Source: Candidatus Latescibacterota bacterium
GTDB taxonomy: Bacteria; Latescibacterota; UBA2968; UBA8231
Length of the DNA stretch: 64,000 nt
Reading direction: 5' to 3'
Assembly (NCBI GenBank): GCA_965242865.1
Contig: CBDETK010000013.1
Coordinates: forward strand, 4,800,001 to 4,864,000
Of this stretch, positions 26,908 to 36,692 are shown one piece after another. The notes under the pieces were generated by a model. The model was not told where the DNA came from, did no database searches, and saw only the letters and a list, made by a program, of their open reading frames with translations. The position numbers and the translations under genes were made by a program. Numbering within the stretch: position 1 is the stretch's first letter; each line of letters starts with the position of its first letter.

Positions 26908-28977
26908 TTGCAGTTTCTCAACCCCGCGATCCTCGTCGGACTAGTCGCGGCCGCCTTACCTCTAGCCATCCACCTGCTGCATCGAGGGCGCACCCAACCC
27001 CATCCGTTCAGCGATTTCGCCTTTCTGCGCCAACTCCAGCAAAACCGCATGCGGCGGCTCCAACTGCGCCAGTGGCTGGTCCTCTTACTGCGGACGCTGA
27101 TCATCGCGCTCATCGTCTGCGCCTTTGCCCGCCCGACTTATCAGGCCGGCCGCGGCTGGGGCGGCGGCGATCGCCCGGTGGCCGTTCACGCGCTCTTGGA
27201 CTTGTCGTACAGCACCCGCTACCAACGGCCGGCGGGGTCCCTCTTCGACCAACTCCAGCGTCAGCTCGGCGACCTGCTGGCCGTTTTACCTTCGCGCGAT
27301 CCAGTGACCGTCCAGCCTTTTGCCCAACGGCCCCATCCTCCTTTTGCTGGCGATCGCACCTACTTGGCCGAGCGCGTTGCCGAACTCGCGCCGACGCAAG
27401 AGGCGACCGACTTACGCGCGGCCTTGCACGCGGCCGCCCAGCACCTAAACCAAGAATCCGCCCTAGCCGCGCACGAACTTTTTGTTTTTACCGATTTGGC
27501 CGCATACAACTGGGATTCGCTCGAGCTCGACGATGCGCTCCCGTCCTTTGCGTACGTCTATATCGCTGGCCCGCGCGTTCAGCCCCGGCCAAATGCTTAT
27601 GTCGAGCGGGTCGCGGCCCCAAGCTGGATGCTCGCGCCCGACGCCAAGGTCACCGTGCGAGCCGACATCGCCCACAGCGGCGCGGGCACGGCCCTCGACC
27701 TGTTTGTCGCTGGCCAGCGCATGGGCCGCCACAGCGTGGACCCCGGTGCGCCGGGCACGACCCAAGTTGCACTCCGCTTTTCGCCGCGCCGGCCCGGGCG
27801 GCTGAGCGGACACGTCGCGCTCGCCGACGATGGGCTCGCGCTCGACAACCGCCGCTTTTTCACCCTCGACCTGCCCACCGCCATCACCGCGCTGCTGTTG
27901 GGCGAGCAGCCCGAGGACGCGTACTATGCGCGTCGAGCACTTGGGGCCGCCGCGCTCGCCGATCCAGTCGTGGAAATTCGCACCGGTCTGTTTGCCGATC
28001 TCAACGCCAGTGCCCTCGCCGGCGTCGATGTGCTCGTGCTCTGCAACCTCGCCCGGCTGAGCGCAGCGCAAAAGGCGGCCTTGGCCGAGTTCGTCGCCGG
28101 CGGCGGGGGCGTAGTGCTCTTTCCCGCGCCGCACAGCGACCTCGGCTACTACAACCGCGCCCTCTTGACCGGCCTGACCCCGGGACGTTTCAAAGAGCGG
28201 ATCGGCACTCCCGGCAACGCAGCCGCCTACCAAGTCCTCGACGCCGACGGGCCGCACCACCCGCTTTTCAACGACCTCTTGGCCCGCGACAGCGATCAAC
28301 CGCGCTTTTACGCTTATTTCTCCCTAGTCCCCGCGCCCGACCTGCGGCCCTTGGCCCGCTTTGACGACGGCCAGCTCGCCATGGCCCTATCTTGGCAGGA
28401 GCAGGGGCGCGTCGCGCTCGCGGCGTTCCCCATTGACCCGCAGTGGAACGACCTGCACCGACGCGGCCTGTTCGCGCCCCTGCTGCACCGCTTGGTGCGC
28501 GAGTTGAGCCTGCCGCCCGACCGCCACGCCCCCTATTTGGTCGGGGAAACGGTCTATCGCCGCTTGGCCGAGGTGCCCATGGAAGCGGTCGTAGAGGCCG
28601 AGACGCCGTCGGGCGAGCGCCTGCGCTTGGGGCCGGAGCGCGTTGGCGGCCAATACTTGTGGAAAATTCCCCGCGTCGGCGAGGCCGGGATCTGGCGTCT
28701 GCGCGTTGCGGGTGCAGCGGTCGATGCATTCGCCGTCAATCTCGATGTCCGCGAATCCGCGCTCGCCCCCGTAGCACCCGAGCGCGTCCGGCGCGTTTTC
28801 GCGGACGCAGAGGTCCATTTCCTCGGCCCGGACGACGACCTGCGCCTCGCGGTCTTGGGCAATCGCCACGGCCGTGCGTTGTGGCGCGAATGCCTGCTTT
28901 TGGCCCTCGTCCTCCTGCTCGCCGAACAGTGGATCGCCCGCGCCCCCCGCGATGTGCCGGCGCGTCAGGCGGCTTGA
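26908..28977 (+). CDS. BatA N-terminal/vWA-like membrane-anchored protein
   Basis: FLNP..PLAIHL..LLLRTL..FARP, DLSYS, FTD, DN.R, FAVN...ES, C-terminal LW..LLL.E.W. Confidence 0.85.
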   Translation: MQFLNPAILVGLVAAALPLAIHLLHRGRTQPHPFSDFAFLRQLQQNRMRRLQLRQWLVLLLRTLIIALIVCAFARPTYQAGRGWGGGDRPVAVHALLDLSYSTRYQRPAGSLFDQLQRQLGDLLAVLPSRDPVTVQPFAQRPHPPFAGDRTYLAERVAELAPTQEATDLRAALHAAAQHLNQESALAAHELFVFTDLAAYNWDSLELDDALPSFAYVYIAGPRVQPRPNAYVERVAAPSWMLAPDAKVTVRADIAHSGAGTALDLFVAGQRMGRHSVDPGAPGTTQVALRFSPRRPGRLSGHVALADDGLALDNRRFFTLDLPTAITALLLGEQPEDAYYARRALGAAALADPVVEIRTGLFADLNASALAGVDVLVLCNLARLSAAQKAALAEFVAGGGGVVLFPAPHSDLGYYNRALLTGLTPGRFKERIGTPGNAAAYQVLDADGPHHPLFNDLLARDSDQPRFYAYFSLVPAPDLRPLARFDDGQLAMALSWQEQGRVALAAFPIDPQWNDLHRRGLFAPLLHRLVRELSLPPDRHAPYLVGETVYRRLAEVPMEAVVEAETPSGERLRLGPERVGGQYLWKIPRVGEAGIWRLRVAGAAVDAFAVNLDVRESALAPVAPERVRRVFADAEVHFLGPDDDLRLAVLGNRHGRALWRECLLLALVLLLAEQWIARAPRDVPARQAA

Positions 28978-29110
28978 CGAGTTCCGTCTTATCAGTACCA
29001 TAAATTTAACCCCTAGTGAGGAGCGGCGTTTTAGTTCGTCTGATTGTGCGAATCGGGCCTTTTTCGCTTTTTAGGGGTCGATTTTAACCCTTCAGAAAGG
29101 AGTTTGACCT

Positions 29111-29378
29111 ATGAGCACACCGACGATAGACCCAGATCGCGACCTTGAAGCAGATCGCCCGCTGCTTGGATGGGCTTGAAAGGCGGGTCGAGGCCCTTGA
29201 ACAAACCATGGCGACCGGATTTGCCGAACTGCGGCAAACCATCGCCTCGACCAATGAAGCCACCAACAACCGCATCGAGGCCACCAACAGCCGCATGGAC
29301 AAACAGTTTCGCTGGCTCATCGGCATTCAGTTTGGCATCATCGGTTTGCTTGTGACCATCCTCTTGAAAGGCGGCTGA
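29111..29378 (+). pseudogene. Coiled-coil protein with C-terminal TM helix, apparently frameshifted near 29131
   Basis: RBS AAGGAG plus ATG at 29111 is out of frame by one C (GACCCAG) with the 29145-29378 ORF ending FRWLIGIQFGII. Confidence 0.55.
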
Positions 29379-29523
29379 ACTATCGCTGCACCGGCCCAAC
29401 ATGGAATCGAGCGAAAGACCGCGAGCGGAACGTCGCCTAAAGACGAGATTATGAAAGATATCAACCGGAGCGACACATATTACACGTCGTCGCTCTTGAA
29501 GATCTAAGCCCTAGGATAGCAAG

Positions 29524-29916
29524 ATGGAGTCAAGCCCCCCTTACTTACTACACTCGGTCAGCGTCGTTACGGACGTTTACTCTATTGTAAGCGAAGCCAA
29601 GAAGCGCATATTGCATTTAGAAGAAGATTGGGACGCCGAAGGATGGCCGGCATACGAAGAAAAGACATTGGACGATGCTGCCGCATTTCTCTATAGGTTA
29701 GATCCTATGGAAGCGAAAAAGGTGCGAATCTTGCCAGCGAGTGGAGGCAGTATAGATCTGCACTGGAAGACGGAGGAGTTCGAGTTCTTGATCAATTTTA
29801 GTCCTGACGGCTCAGTTGACTACTACGGGGACGACTATAGCGGGAACTTAGTCCAAGGTGAAGCTCGTCCCAAGCCAGAGTTCATTGCCTGCTGGATGAA
29901 GTATACCAGTGAATAA
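29524..29916 (+). CDS. Acidic hypothetical protein (L..DWD.EG motif), putative antitoxin/immunity partner
   Basis: LEEDWDAEG..P.SGGSIDLHW; low GC; overlaps the next gene. Confidence 0.6.
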   Translation: MESSPPYLLHSVSVVTDVYSIVSEAKKRILHLEEDWDAEGWPAYEEKTLDDAAAFLYRLDPMEAKKVRILPASGGSIDLHWKTEEFEFLINFSPDGSVDYYGDDYSGNLVQGEARPKPEFIACWMKYTSE

Positions 29917-30283
29917 GTGGCCTGTAGAAGAAATACCGGATGGCGATGCGCTATACCATCGCGTCCACAGGAATGCGTTGCGCAAGATGCCTGCGGATAT
30001 GCCCAAAAACAAGGTGCCCCCCAATGCCTTCAGGATTGACGATGGGGATATGTCAGTTGATTGGTCGAGGTACGCAACCCCTCAAGAAGCTAAGAATCGA
30101 GCTAAAGTCCCTGCCAAAAATGGAATAGTTGAATTCACGGCTGGTGATGTGCGCGACGATGGCCATAGAGTAGTGCATTCCCCTTCCCGACATAATCAAG
30201 CCCATAGCTCTGTGCGCGGTGCTAAGGCTAGATTGCGGACTACCTTAAGTCGCGTCGCTCAATGGACGATAGAAATAACTTGA
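29909..30283 (+). CDS. Putative ADP-ribosyltransferase/RES-like fold toxin
   Basis: LYHRV..AF..MSVDW..V.H.P..N.AH pattern; basic 124-aa protein; low GC. Confidence 0.55.
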   Translation: MNKWPVEEIPDGDALYHRVHRNALRKMPADMPKNKVPPNAFRIDDGDMSVDWSRYATPQEAKNRAKVPAKNGIVEFTAGDVRDDGHRVVHSPSRHNQAHSSVRGAKARLRTTLSRVAQWTIEIT

Positions 30284-30313
30284 TAGCCATTGAGCTTCCC
30301 TAGCGGCCTTCCC

Positions 30314-30631
30314 TCACCCACCCGCGTCTAGCCCGCGAAAAAATTCAAACGTATAAATGCCGTGATCGTGTCCGTCGGCCCATTCGATGCGAAGGCCGTA
30401 GCGTCCGACGTAGCCAACCCCTCGCACTTCGGCCGTAGCCGACGCGGCCTCGGGCTGCAAAAGCGTCAACCCGCCCTCGGCTGCGTCGCGCAATTCCCGG
30501 CAGTGGGCGCAGGGACAGGCGCGCCGCAATCCCGCCAAGTCGTAGCGGCTCTCGCGGCCATTGCTCCACGCGATGACCAATTCACCGGCCCGGCCATCCA
30601 CGGCGATTTCGCGCGGCTTTGGCTTGTTCAA
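30314..30631 (-). CDS. DUF971/GBBH-like N-terminal domain protein
   Basis: LRRACPCAHC, VGRYG..I.W.DGHDHGIY. Confidence 0.88.
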   Translation of the reverse strand: MNKPKPREIAVDGRAGELVIAWSNGRESRYDLAGLRRACPCAHCRELRDAAEGGLTLLQPEAASATAEVRGVGYVGRYGLRIEWADGHDHGIYTFEFFRGLDAGG

Positions 30632-31947
30632 CGCGGCACTCCCACCACTTTAGCACTCAGCTCGTAGGGCGCGGCCGCGGTAATTTCCACCTCCACGAAA
30701 GAACCCACCGGCGGCGTACCCTCGGCGATGACGACTTGGCCATCGATTTCCGGGGCGTCGCGCTCCATCCGCCCGTAGCACACCGCCCCCTCGCGTGCGT
30801 CAACCAAGACGACCTGCCGCGTGCCCACGAGCCGGTCGTTTTTCTCCGTGCCCACGCGCTCTTGCAGTTGCGTCAGGCGGCTGTAGCGCTCCTGCTTGAC
30901 CTCCTCGGCGACCGGGTCGCCCAGCGCGTGCGCGGTCGTGCCCTCTTCCGGCGAGTAGAGAAAGCCGGTTGCGTAGTCAAAGCGCGTCTCGGCCACGAAC
31001 TCCAGCAGGGCGGCAAAATCCGCTTCGGTCTCGCCGGGGAAGCCCACGATGAACGTCGAGCGCAGCCCGGCCCCCGGCAGCCGCGTCCGCAGGCGCGCCA
31101 GCAAATCGAGCGTCTTTTGGCGGGTCGTCGCTCGCTTCATGCGCTTGAGCACTGGGTCGGCAATGTGTTGCAGCGGCATGTCGATGTACCGGCACATTTT
31201 GTCGCAGGTGGCGTAGAAGTCGATCAGTTCTTCGGTCCAGAACGCTGGATAGGTGTACATCAGGCGCAGCCACGCAATGCCTTCCACTTCGGCGAGCGCG
31301 GTTAGGAGGCGCACGAGTTGCGGCCGGCCGTAGAGATCGGCTCCGTAGCGCACGGAATCCTGCGAGACCAAAACCAGCTCCCGCACGCCATTCGCGGCCA
31401 GCCGCTCGGCTTCGGCCACGAGTGCTTTGATTGGCTCGCTTGCGTGTCGCCCGCGAATGGCGGGGATGGCGCAAAAGGCGCATTGGTGATCGCAGCCATC
31501 GGATATGCGCAAGTACGCCCAGTGCTGGGGCGAGAGCAAAGCCCGCGGCAGATCGGTTTGGTAGCCGGACCGAGCCGTGCCCAGCGCGTCGTCCACGTGG
31601 CGGACGATGTCGGCCTCGTCGGCTATCGTCAGCAGCTTGTCGGCCTCCCACAGCTCCTGTGCTAGCTCTTCGCGGTAGCGCGTCGCCAAGCAGCCGGTGA
31701 CAATGACGCCTTTGCATTGGCCGGTTGCTTTGAGGCGATGGGCGTCCATAATTGCGGCGAGGGACTCTTCTTTGGCTGGCTCGATGAAGCCGCAGGTATT
31801 GACCACCACTACTTCGGCTTCTTCTGGGGCGTCGGTTAGCTGATAGGCGTGGCCTTGGAGGAGGCCGAGCATGCGCTCGGAATCGACCGCGTTTTTGGGG
31901 CAGCCTAGGCTGACGAGGTGAACTTTGTGGGGTTGGTTTTTGTTCAT
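30628..31947 (-). CDS. rimO: Ribosomal protein S12 methylthiotransferase
   Basis: SLGCPKN.VDSE, NTCGFI, CDHQCAFC radical-SAM motif, APEIDG TRAM domain. Confidence 0.96.
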   Translation of the reverse strand: MNKNQPHKVHLVSLGCPKNAVDSERMLGLLQGHAYQLTDAPEEAEVVVVNTCGFIEPAKEESLAAIMDAHRLKATGQCKGVIVTGCLATRYREELAQELWEADKLLTIADEADIVRHVDDALGTARSGYQTDLPRALLSPQHWAYLRISDGCDHQCAFCAIPAIRGRHASEPIKALVAEAERLAANGVRELVLVSQDSVRYGADLYGRPQLVRLLTALAEVEGIAWLRLMYTYPAFWTEELIDFYATCDKMCRYIDMPLQHIADPVLKRMKRATTRQKTLDLLARLRTRLPGAGLRSTFIVGFPGETEADFAALLEFVAETRFDYATGFLYSPEEGTTAHALGDPVAEEVKQERYSRLTQLQERVGTEKNDRLVGTRQVVLVDAREGAVCYGRMERDAPEIDGQVVIAEGTPPVGSFVEVEITAAAPYELSAKVVGVPR

Positions 31948-31967
31948 TATGGATTCGGTGTGGATGG

Positions 31968-34358
31968 CTAGTAGTCGCCGTAACGGCGCAACAACTTTGC
32001 TGTTTTACCTTTTGCGCGGAGTATTGGTGATCTGTCCACAAATATACCTTTGCCGGCGTTGACGTCGGCTCCGTTTTTAAGTAGGACTTCGGCGACCTCA
32101 TAAGCGTTTGCAGATGCTGCAAAATGCAGCGGCGTATCGCCATCCTCGTCCTCCGCGTTGACTTTGGCTCCGTTTTTAAGTAGGACTTCGGCGACCTCAT
32201 AAGCGTTTGCACCCGCCGCCACATGTAGCGGCCTATCGCCATCTTCATCCTCCGTGTTGACTTTGGCTCCGTTTCGTAGCAAGACTTCGGCGACCTCATA
32301 AGCGTTTGCACCCGCCGCCACATGTAGCGGCGTAAAGTCTTTATCGCCCTTGGCGTTGACTTTGGCTCCGTTTTTGAGTAAGACCTCGGCGACCTCACAA
32401 GCACTGGCATACGCCGCCAAATGCAGCAGCGTAAGGCCCTCCTCGTCCTTGGCGTTGACTTTGGCTCCGTTTCGTAGCAAGACTTCGGCCACCTCACAAG
32501 CATTTGCCAACGCCGCAGCATGTAGCGGCCTACGGCCTTTATCGTCCTTGGCGTTGACTTTGGCTCCGTTTTTGAGCAAGACTTCGGCGACCTCATAAGC
32601 ATTGGCCAACGCCGCCAAATGCAGCAGCGTATCGCCATCCTCGTCCTTGGCATTGACGTCGGCTCCGTTTTGTATCAAGACTTCGGCCACCTCACAAGCG
32701 TTTGCAGACACCGCAGCACACAGCGGCGTATCGCCCTCCTCGTCCTTGGCGTTGACTTTGGCTCCGTTTTGTATCAAGACTTCGGCCACCTCACAAGCAT
32801 TTGCCAACGCCGCAGCATGCAGGGGTGTATTATCTGCACACTCATAATCGTCATCGTCGCTTTCCATTTTATTTAAAAATGCCGTAAGGTGCGGCGAGAT
32901 ATTGGCATGTAACGTGGCCTTCGCCTCGATGTCCGCCCCCTGATCCAGCAGGGATTGAGCGAGTGCAGGCAGGTTTAGCTGCACAGCATGATGCAGGTCG
33001 GTCACGCCTTTGTTGTACACTATATCCGGGGATGGATTGCGACCCACCTTCTCAACAAATTCCGCCTTCTCTCTCGCTTCTGCCTCTTCGCGCACCGTTC
33101 GTTCCGGGCTTGCAAGGTTTAGCGACCGGAAAATTTCATCCACTGCACTGAGCATCTTTTGCCGGATCACTCCCATCTGCTCCTTAATGGGCGCGAAATC
33201 TCGCTTTTGCGATTCTATCAGCTTGCTGACTTTTTCCCCTAAAACGTCCGCATCGTCAGCGCTCAACTCAGAAAGATGAAAGTCGATATCTGTGAGCTCG
33301 GTTGTCATCCACTTGGCCGTCCGTTCGTCTTTGAGAATGGCATTTGCATACATTTCAAAGACGTCATCAATCTCTTGCTTCAATTCCGCGCTCGCTCCTT
33401 GGGGCTGGTTTTGTGCGCGGAAAAAGTCCTCTAACGACTGCTCGTCGTAGAAGAATTCCTCGCCGCGCCGGGAGCTATACACGCTGATTCCGCAAGGCTC
33501 AATATCCGCGTCGGTCAGCGCGTTTTTCACCTCGTCCAGAATAGCCTCCAATTCGCCGCGCGGCTTGATATCCGCCTTGTTCAAAACCACGTATAACGGC
33601 AATGACCCCAACTCCAAATCCGCCAGAAATTCCAGATCCTCCTCGGGAACCGTGCCCGTCGCGTCTAGCCCAATCATCCAAATAAGCGCGTCCCGATCCT
33701 TGAGAAAAGCAGCGGCCGTCGTCCGGTCGTCGCTGCGGCCCCCCGGATTGTAGCCCGGCGTGTCGATCAAGCAGATGTTGGCAAACAGGTTGTCGCGCAA
33801 AGGAACCTCTACCGTGATGGAGGGCATGATGTGCTTGAGATTGAAGGAGAAGGTGTCGATGAAATTGTGGGACAGTTGGGAATACAGGGCCGGGTCAATA
33901 TCCACCGTATCGCCGCTGCGAGAAAAGCCCTTAATCGCCATCTCCGAATTGGCCATGACAAACGAAGGAATGGCCGTGGCCGGTTCGATTCGCTCCGGCA
34001 GCAAACGGTCGTATCCCTCGATAAAGCTATTGACGAAAGCCGACTTGCCGCTGCTGAACCCGCCGCCGATGGCAATGGCTCGCTTGGCGGAAAGGTGTGG
34101 AAAGGCGACGAGTTCCTTGAGCCGCTCGGTCAGCCGTTCCAAGCGCTCTATGGCGGTCGCTTCCTCAGCCAACGACGACTCCGCATCGGCAAACTCCCGA
34201 AACTCCCCGTTCAAGAGGGTCTCGAACTGCTTAAATTCTACGTGTTCATTGGGTTTGGCGGTGAGCAGATCGGAGACCAGTTTGTACTTTTTCTGCAAGT
34301 CCTCATGCTCTGAACGCAACCGAGCCGCGTCCTCTGCGACGAACGTACTCTCAGCCAT
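31968..34358 (-). CDS. Dynamin-like GTPase fused to a C-terminal ankyrin repeat array
   Basis: G1 GGFSSGKS, G3 DTPG, G4 NKAD; helical stalk; N-cap plus eight 33-aa ankyrin repeats plus C-cap. RBS AAGGAG; start overlaps the upstream stop. Confidence 0.88.
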   Translation of the reverse strand: MAESTFVAEDAARLRSEHEDLQKKYKLVSDLLTAKPNEHVEFKQFETLLNGEFREFADAESSLAEEATAIERLERLTERLKELVAFPHLSAKRAIAIGGGFSSGKSAFVNSFIEGYDRLLPERIEPATAIPSFVMANSEMAIKGFSRSGDTVDIDPALYSQLSHNFIDTFSFNLKHIMPSITVEVPLRDNLFANICLIDTPGYNPGGRSDDRTTAAAFLKDRDALIWMIGLDATGTVPEEDLEFLADLELGSLPLYVVLNKADIKPRGELEAILDEVKNALTDADIEPCGISVYSSRRGEEFFYDEQSLEDFFRAQNQPQGASAELKQEIDDVFEMYANAILKDERTAKWMTTELTDIDFHLSELSADDADVLGEKVSKLIESQKRDFAPIKEQMGVIRQKMLSAVDEIFRSLNLASPERTVREEAEAREKAEFVEKVGRNPSPDIVYNKGVTDLHHAVQLNLPALAQSLLDQGADIEAKATLHANISPHLTAFLNKMESDDDDYECADNTPLHAAALANACEVAEVLIQNGAKVNAKDEEGDTPLCAAVSANACEVAEVLIQNGADVNAKDEDGDTLLHLAALANAYEVAEVLLKNGAKVNAKDDKGRRPLHAAALANACEVAEVLLRNGAKVNAKDEEGLTLLHLAAYASACEVAEVLLKNGAKVNAKGDKDFTPLHVAAGANAYEVAEVLLRNGAKVNTEDEDGDRPLHVAAGANAYEVAEVLLKNGAKVNAEDEDGDTPLHFAASANAYEVAEVLLKNGADVNAGKGIFVDRSPILRAKGKTAKLLRRYGDY
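32060..32835 (-). repeat. Eight tandem 99-bp ankyrin-coding repeats
   Basis: Recurrent GTTGACTTTGGCTCCGTTT..GACTTCGGCGACCTCA at a 99-bp period. Confidence 0.95.
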
Positions 34359-36549
34359 TATCAATCTCCTTCAATTCAGCGCTAAGACGGGTGATTCGCC
34401 CCAACTCCATGGTCTTATTTGCAATCGACTTTTCAAGTGAGGCGAGTTCCTTCTCAAACTTTTCCAGCAACCGCGTATCTAAATCAACGCGCCCCATCTC
34501 GGCGGTGAGATCATCAATGTACTCAAGCACCTCCTTGCGAAAGTCTCGACAAAACTTCGTAGAATAGTCGCATGCCTGTTGAAAAAATTTCTCCGCGTCC
34601 TCCCCTTCCAATACCCCTTGAGAAGTTAGGGTTGCTGGCAGTTGGATATTGTAGGTGAATGGTGAAACGGATATGGAGTTGACGGCATTTTTGATGATCT
34701 CGCGGACCCTCCATGCTTCTATCTCTTCATCGCCCAATTCTCGTCGCAAAATTTTGGTAAGCTCCCCATTGAGTCGCGCCCGCCACTGGTCCTTTTGGGC
34801 ATCTGTTTTCTCCGCAACCGTCTCCACCATTTCTTCACAAGACTTCGCCAAGCTCTCAACGACAGCGTTCGTGCGGATAGTCTCAATCCTTATACATTTC
34901 GTCCTCTTAAAGATGCCGGTTTGAAACGTTCTAGATGTTACGCCTCTTGTTCCATCTAAATCCGCTCGTAGCTGCCGATCGCGCCTTCCCAGTTCCTTCT
35001 TAAACTGGTCTTTCAGTTCTTTATTGGTCTGGTTGACCAATTCCTCGTGCGCCTCGCGAATGAGAAACGCCGTCTTTTCCAGCGACTTGAGCAAGCTGTC
35101 GCGCCGCTTCTTAAAGCTCTCAATCTCCATGTGCTCAATTTGGGTATGCCGCTCGTTCGCATACTTGAGGAGGCCGTTCTTTAGCTCGTGCAGCGACTGG
35201 AGCTTGGCGGCGATGTACTCTGTTTGTCGGGTCTTGATGATGGCGTCCTTTTGTTCGCGCACAGTGGCGACGATTTCCCGAATGCGCGATATGTTGGACA
35301 GCTTATCCAGACTGATACGCGATAATTCTGCATTTTCAGCCGAGAAATAGTTTTGATACTCAGCCAACAAATTGCCCCAAGCATGCTGCATCCCCTCGTC
35401 CCACTCATCTTTCTGCTCAAAACGCTGCTTCAGGCTTTCGCAAATGCCCGCCGTGTGAATGATTTTACCTCGCTCAAGCAACGGATCGTACGTATCGCCC
35501 ACTTCGGGATTGCGCTCCTTCAAATCGTCAATGACCTGCTCCAGATGGCTGCCAAGCACCTCCGTAGTGAGGCGGTCCAACGCACGATCCAAATTCCCGT
35601 TGCTCTCATCCTGCAAATTGCCGTAAAGCTGCATATCGGCTTGCGACGCCACCACGTATAGCTCGCGGATGCCTTCCTTCCCAGTGATGCGATCCATCAG
35701 GTTCAGATCCACGGTAGTCATAAACTGACCGGCCGGACTGACGATCAACACCACATCGCATTGACGCAGATGTTGTTGGGTGCGCTCCTCACGCGACCGA
35801 ACCGGATCGTTAATCCCCGGCGTATCCACAATTTCTATATCCCGCAAATTCTCTTGCGGCAACCGAATGTTGACGCTTTTGGTAACGGGCATGTAGCGGC
35901 CGGTCGCGCCGACGTAATCATCCAGTTGGTGCCGCAAATCGGCAAGCCTTGCCCATTGGAGCACGGTCTTTTCCTCGAGCGTTCCGATGTTGAGCATGGA
36001 CTTTTCGATCTTATCGTATTGATCATAAGCGGCGATCAAGGCGTCGTTGCCCTCCCTCATCGCCCGCTTCGCCCTGCTGCTCGCCCGCTCTTCTGGAGAT
36101 CGGCGCGCCCGAATTTCTTTTGCTCGTTCTTCGGTTAGAAATTTCTCGTAGAGCCGCTCTTCTCGCGTCTTGTATTCGCGGTACTTGTCCCTAATATGCC
36201 GTAAGTCCTCTTGGGTAAAAAACTCCACTTCCGCCGCTGGGCTTTCGCCATAAGAAAGCGTCGTCAAGGCCGCCGTCATGGGAGTTGCCGCCTTGGGCAG
36301 AATGCTTTCCCCCTGAAAGAGCAGGGCGTTTAGCAGCGAAGATTTTCCCGATTTGACCCGCCCCACAACGCCGATCTTGAGTAGGCGATTTTCACCTTCA
36401 ATGGCCGCCAGACTTGCTTGCAACTCCTTGGCCGCGGGAACGCCGTGTTCTTGAGCGAGGCTTGCCGCTTCATCCCCAAGAAAATCCTCATAGCGACCTA
36501 CGACCCGCTCCAGCTCGTCCCTATACGCGACGATTCCACTGTGTTCCAT
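34351..36549 (-). CDS. Dynamin-like GTPase (LeoA/CrfC-like)
   Basis: G1 GRVKSGKS, TPMT, G3 DTPG, long coiled-coil C-terminus; RBS AAGGAGG. Confidence 0.88.
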   Translation of the reverse strand: MEHSGIVAYRDELERVVGRYEDFLGDEAASLAQEHGVPAAKELQASLAAIEGENRLLKIGVVGRVKSGKSSLLNALLFQGESILPKAATPMTAALTTLSYGESPAAEVEFFTQEDLRHIRDKYREYKTREERLYEKFLTEERAKEIRARRSPEERASSRAKRAMREGNDALIAAYDQYDKIEKSMLNIGTLEEKTVLQWARLADLRHQLDDYVGATGRYMPVTKSVNIRLPQENLRDIEIVDTPGINDPVRSREERTQQHLRQCDVVLIVSPAGQFMTTVDLNLMDRITGKEGIRELYVVASQADMQLYGNLQDESNGNLDRALDRLTTEVLGSHLEQVIDDLKERNPEVGDTYDPLLERGKIIHTAGICESLKQRFEQKDEWDEGMQHAWGNLLAEYQNYFSAENAELSRISLDKLSNISRIREIVATVREQKDAIIKTRQTEYIAAKLQSLHELKNGLLKYANERHTQIEHMEIESFKKRRDSLLKSLEKTAFLIREAHEELVNQTNKELKDQFKKELGRRDRQLRADLDGTRGVTSRTFQTGIFKRTKCIRIETIRTNAVVESLAKSCEEMVETVAEKTDAQKDQWRARLNGELTKILRRELGDEEIEAWRVREIIKNAVNSISVSPFTYNIQLPATLTSQGVLEGEDAEKFFQQACDYSTKFCRDFRKEVLEYIDDLTAEMGRVDLDTRLLEKFEKELASLEKSIANKTMELGRITRLSAELKEIDNG

Positions 36550-36692
36550 TTCGTCCCTCCTTATAGCCGTCCTAAACGCCTTGAAAGCATAGAATGTTCA
36601 TCGACACCGTCTTTTTGCCTACGAGGCGTCATTTGAATGTACCGCCTAAACGCCGACCACTCAAGCTATCTGCCGGTCAACGCCGACCGCGC

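Noticed and set aside
27072-28364. Long overlapping or antisense ORFs (also 9455-10396, 41789-42712, 45856-46842, 57226-58548)
   Set aside because: They are stop-poor shadow frames typical of GC-rich coding DNA and overlap well-supported genes.
30977-32653. 558-aa alternative-frame repetitive ORF
   Set aside because: It is a shadow frame of the ankyrin repeats and rimO.
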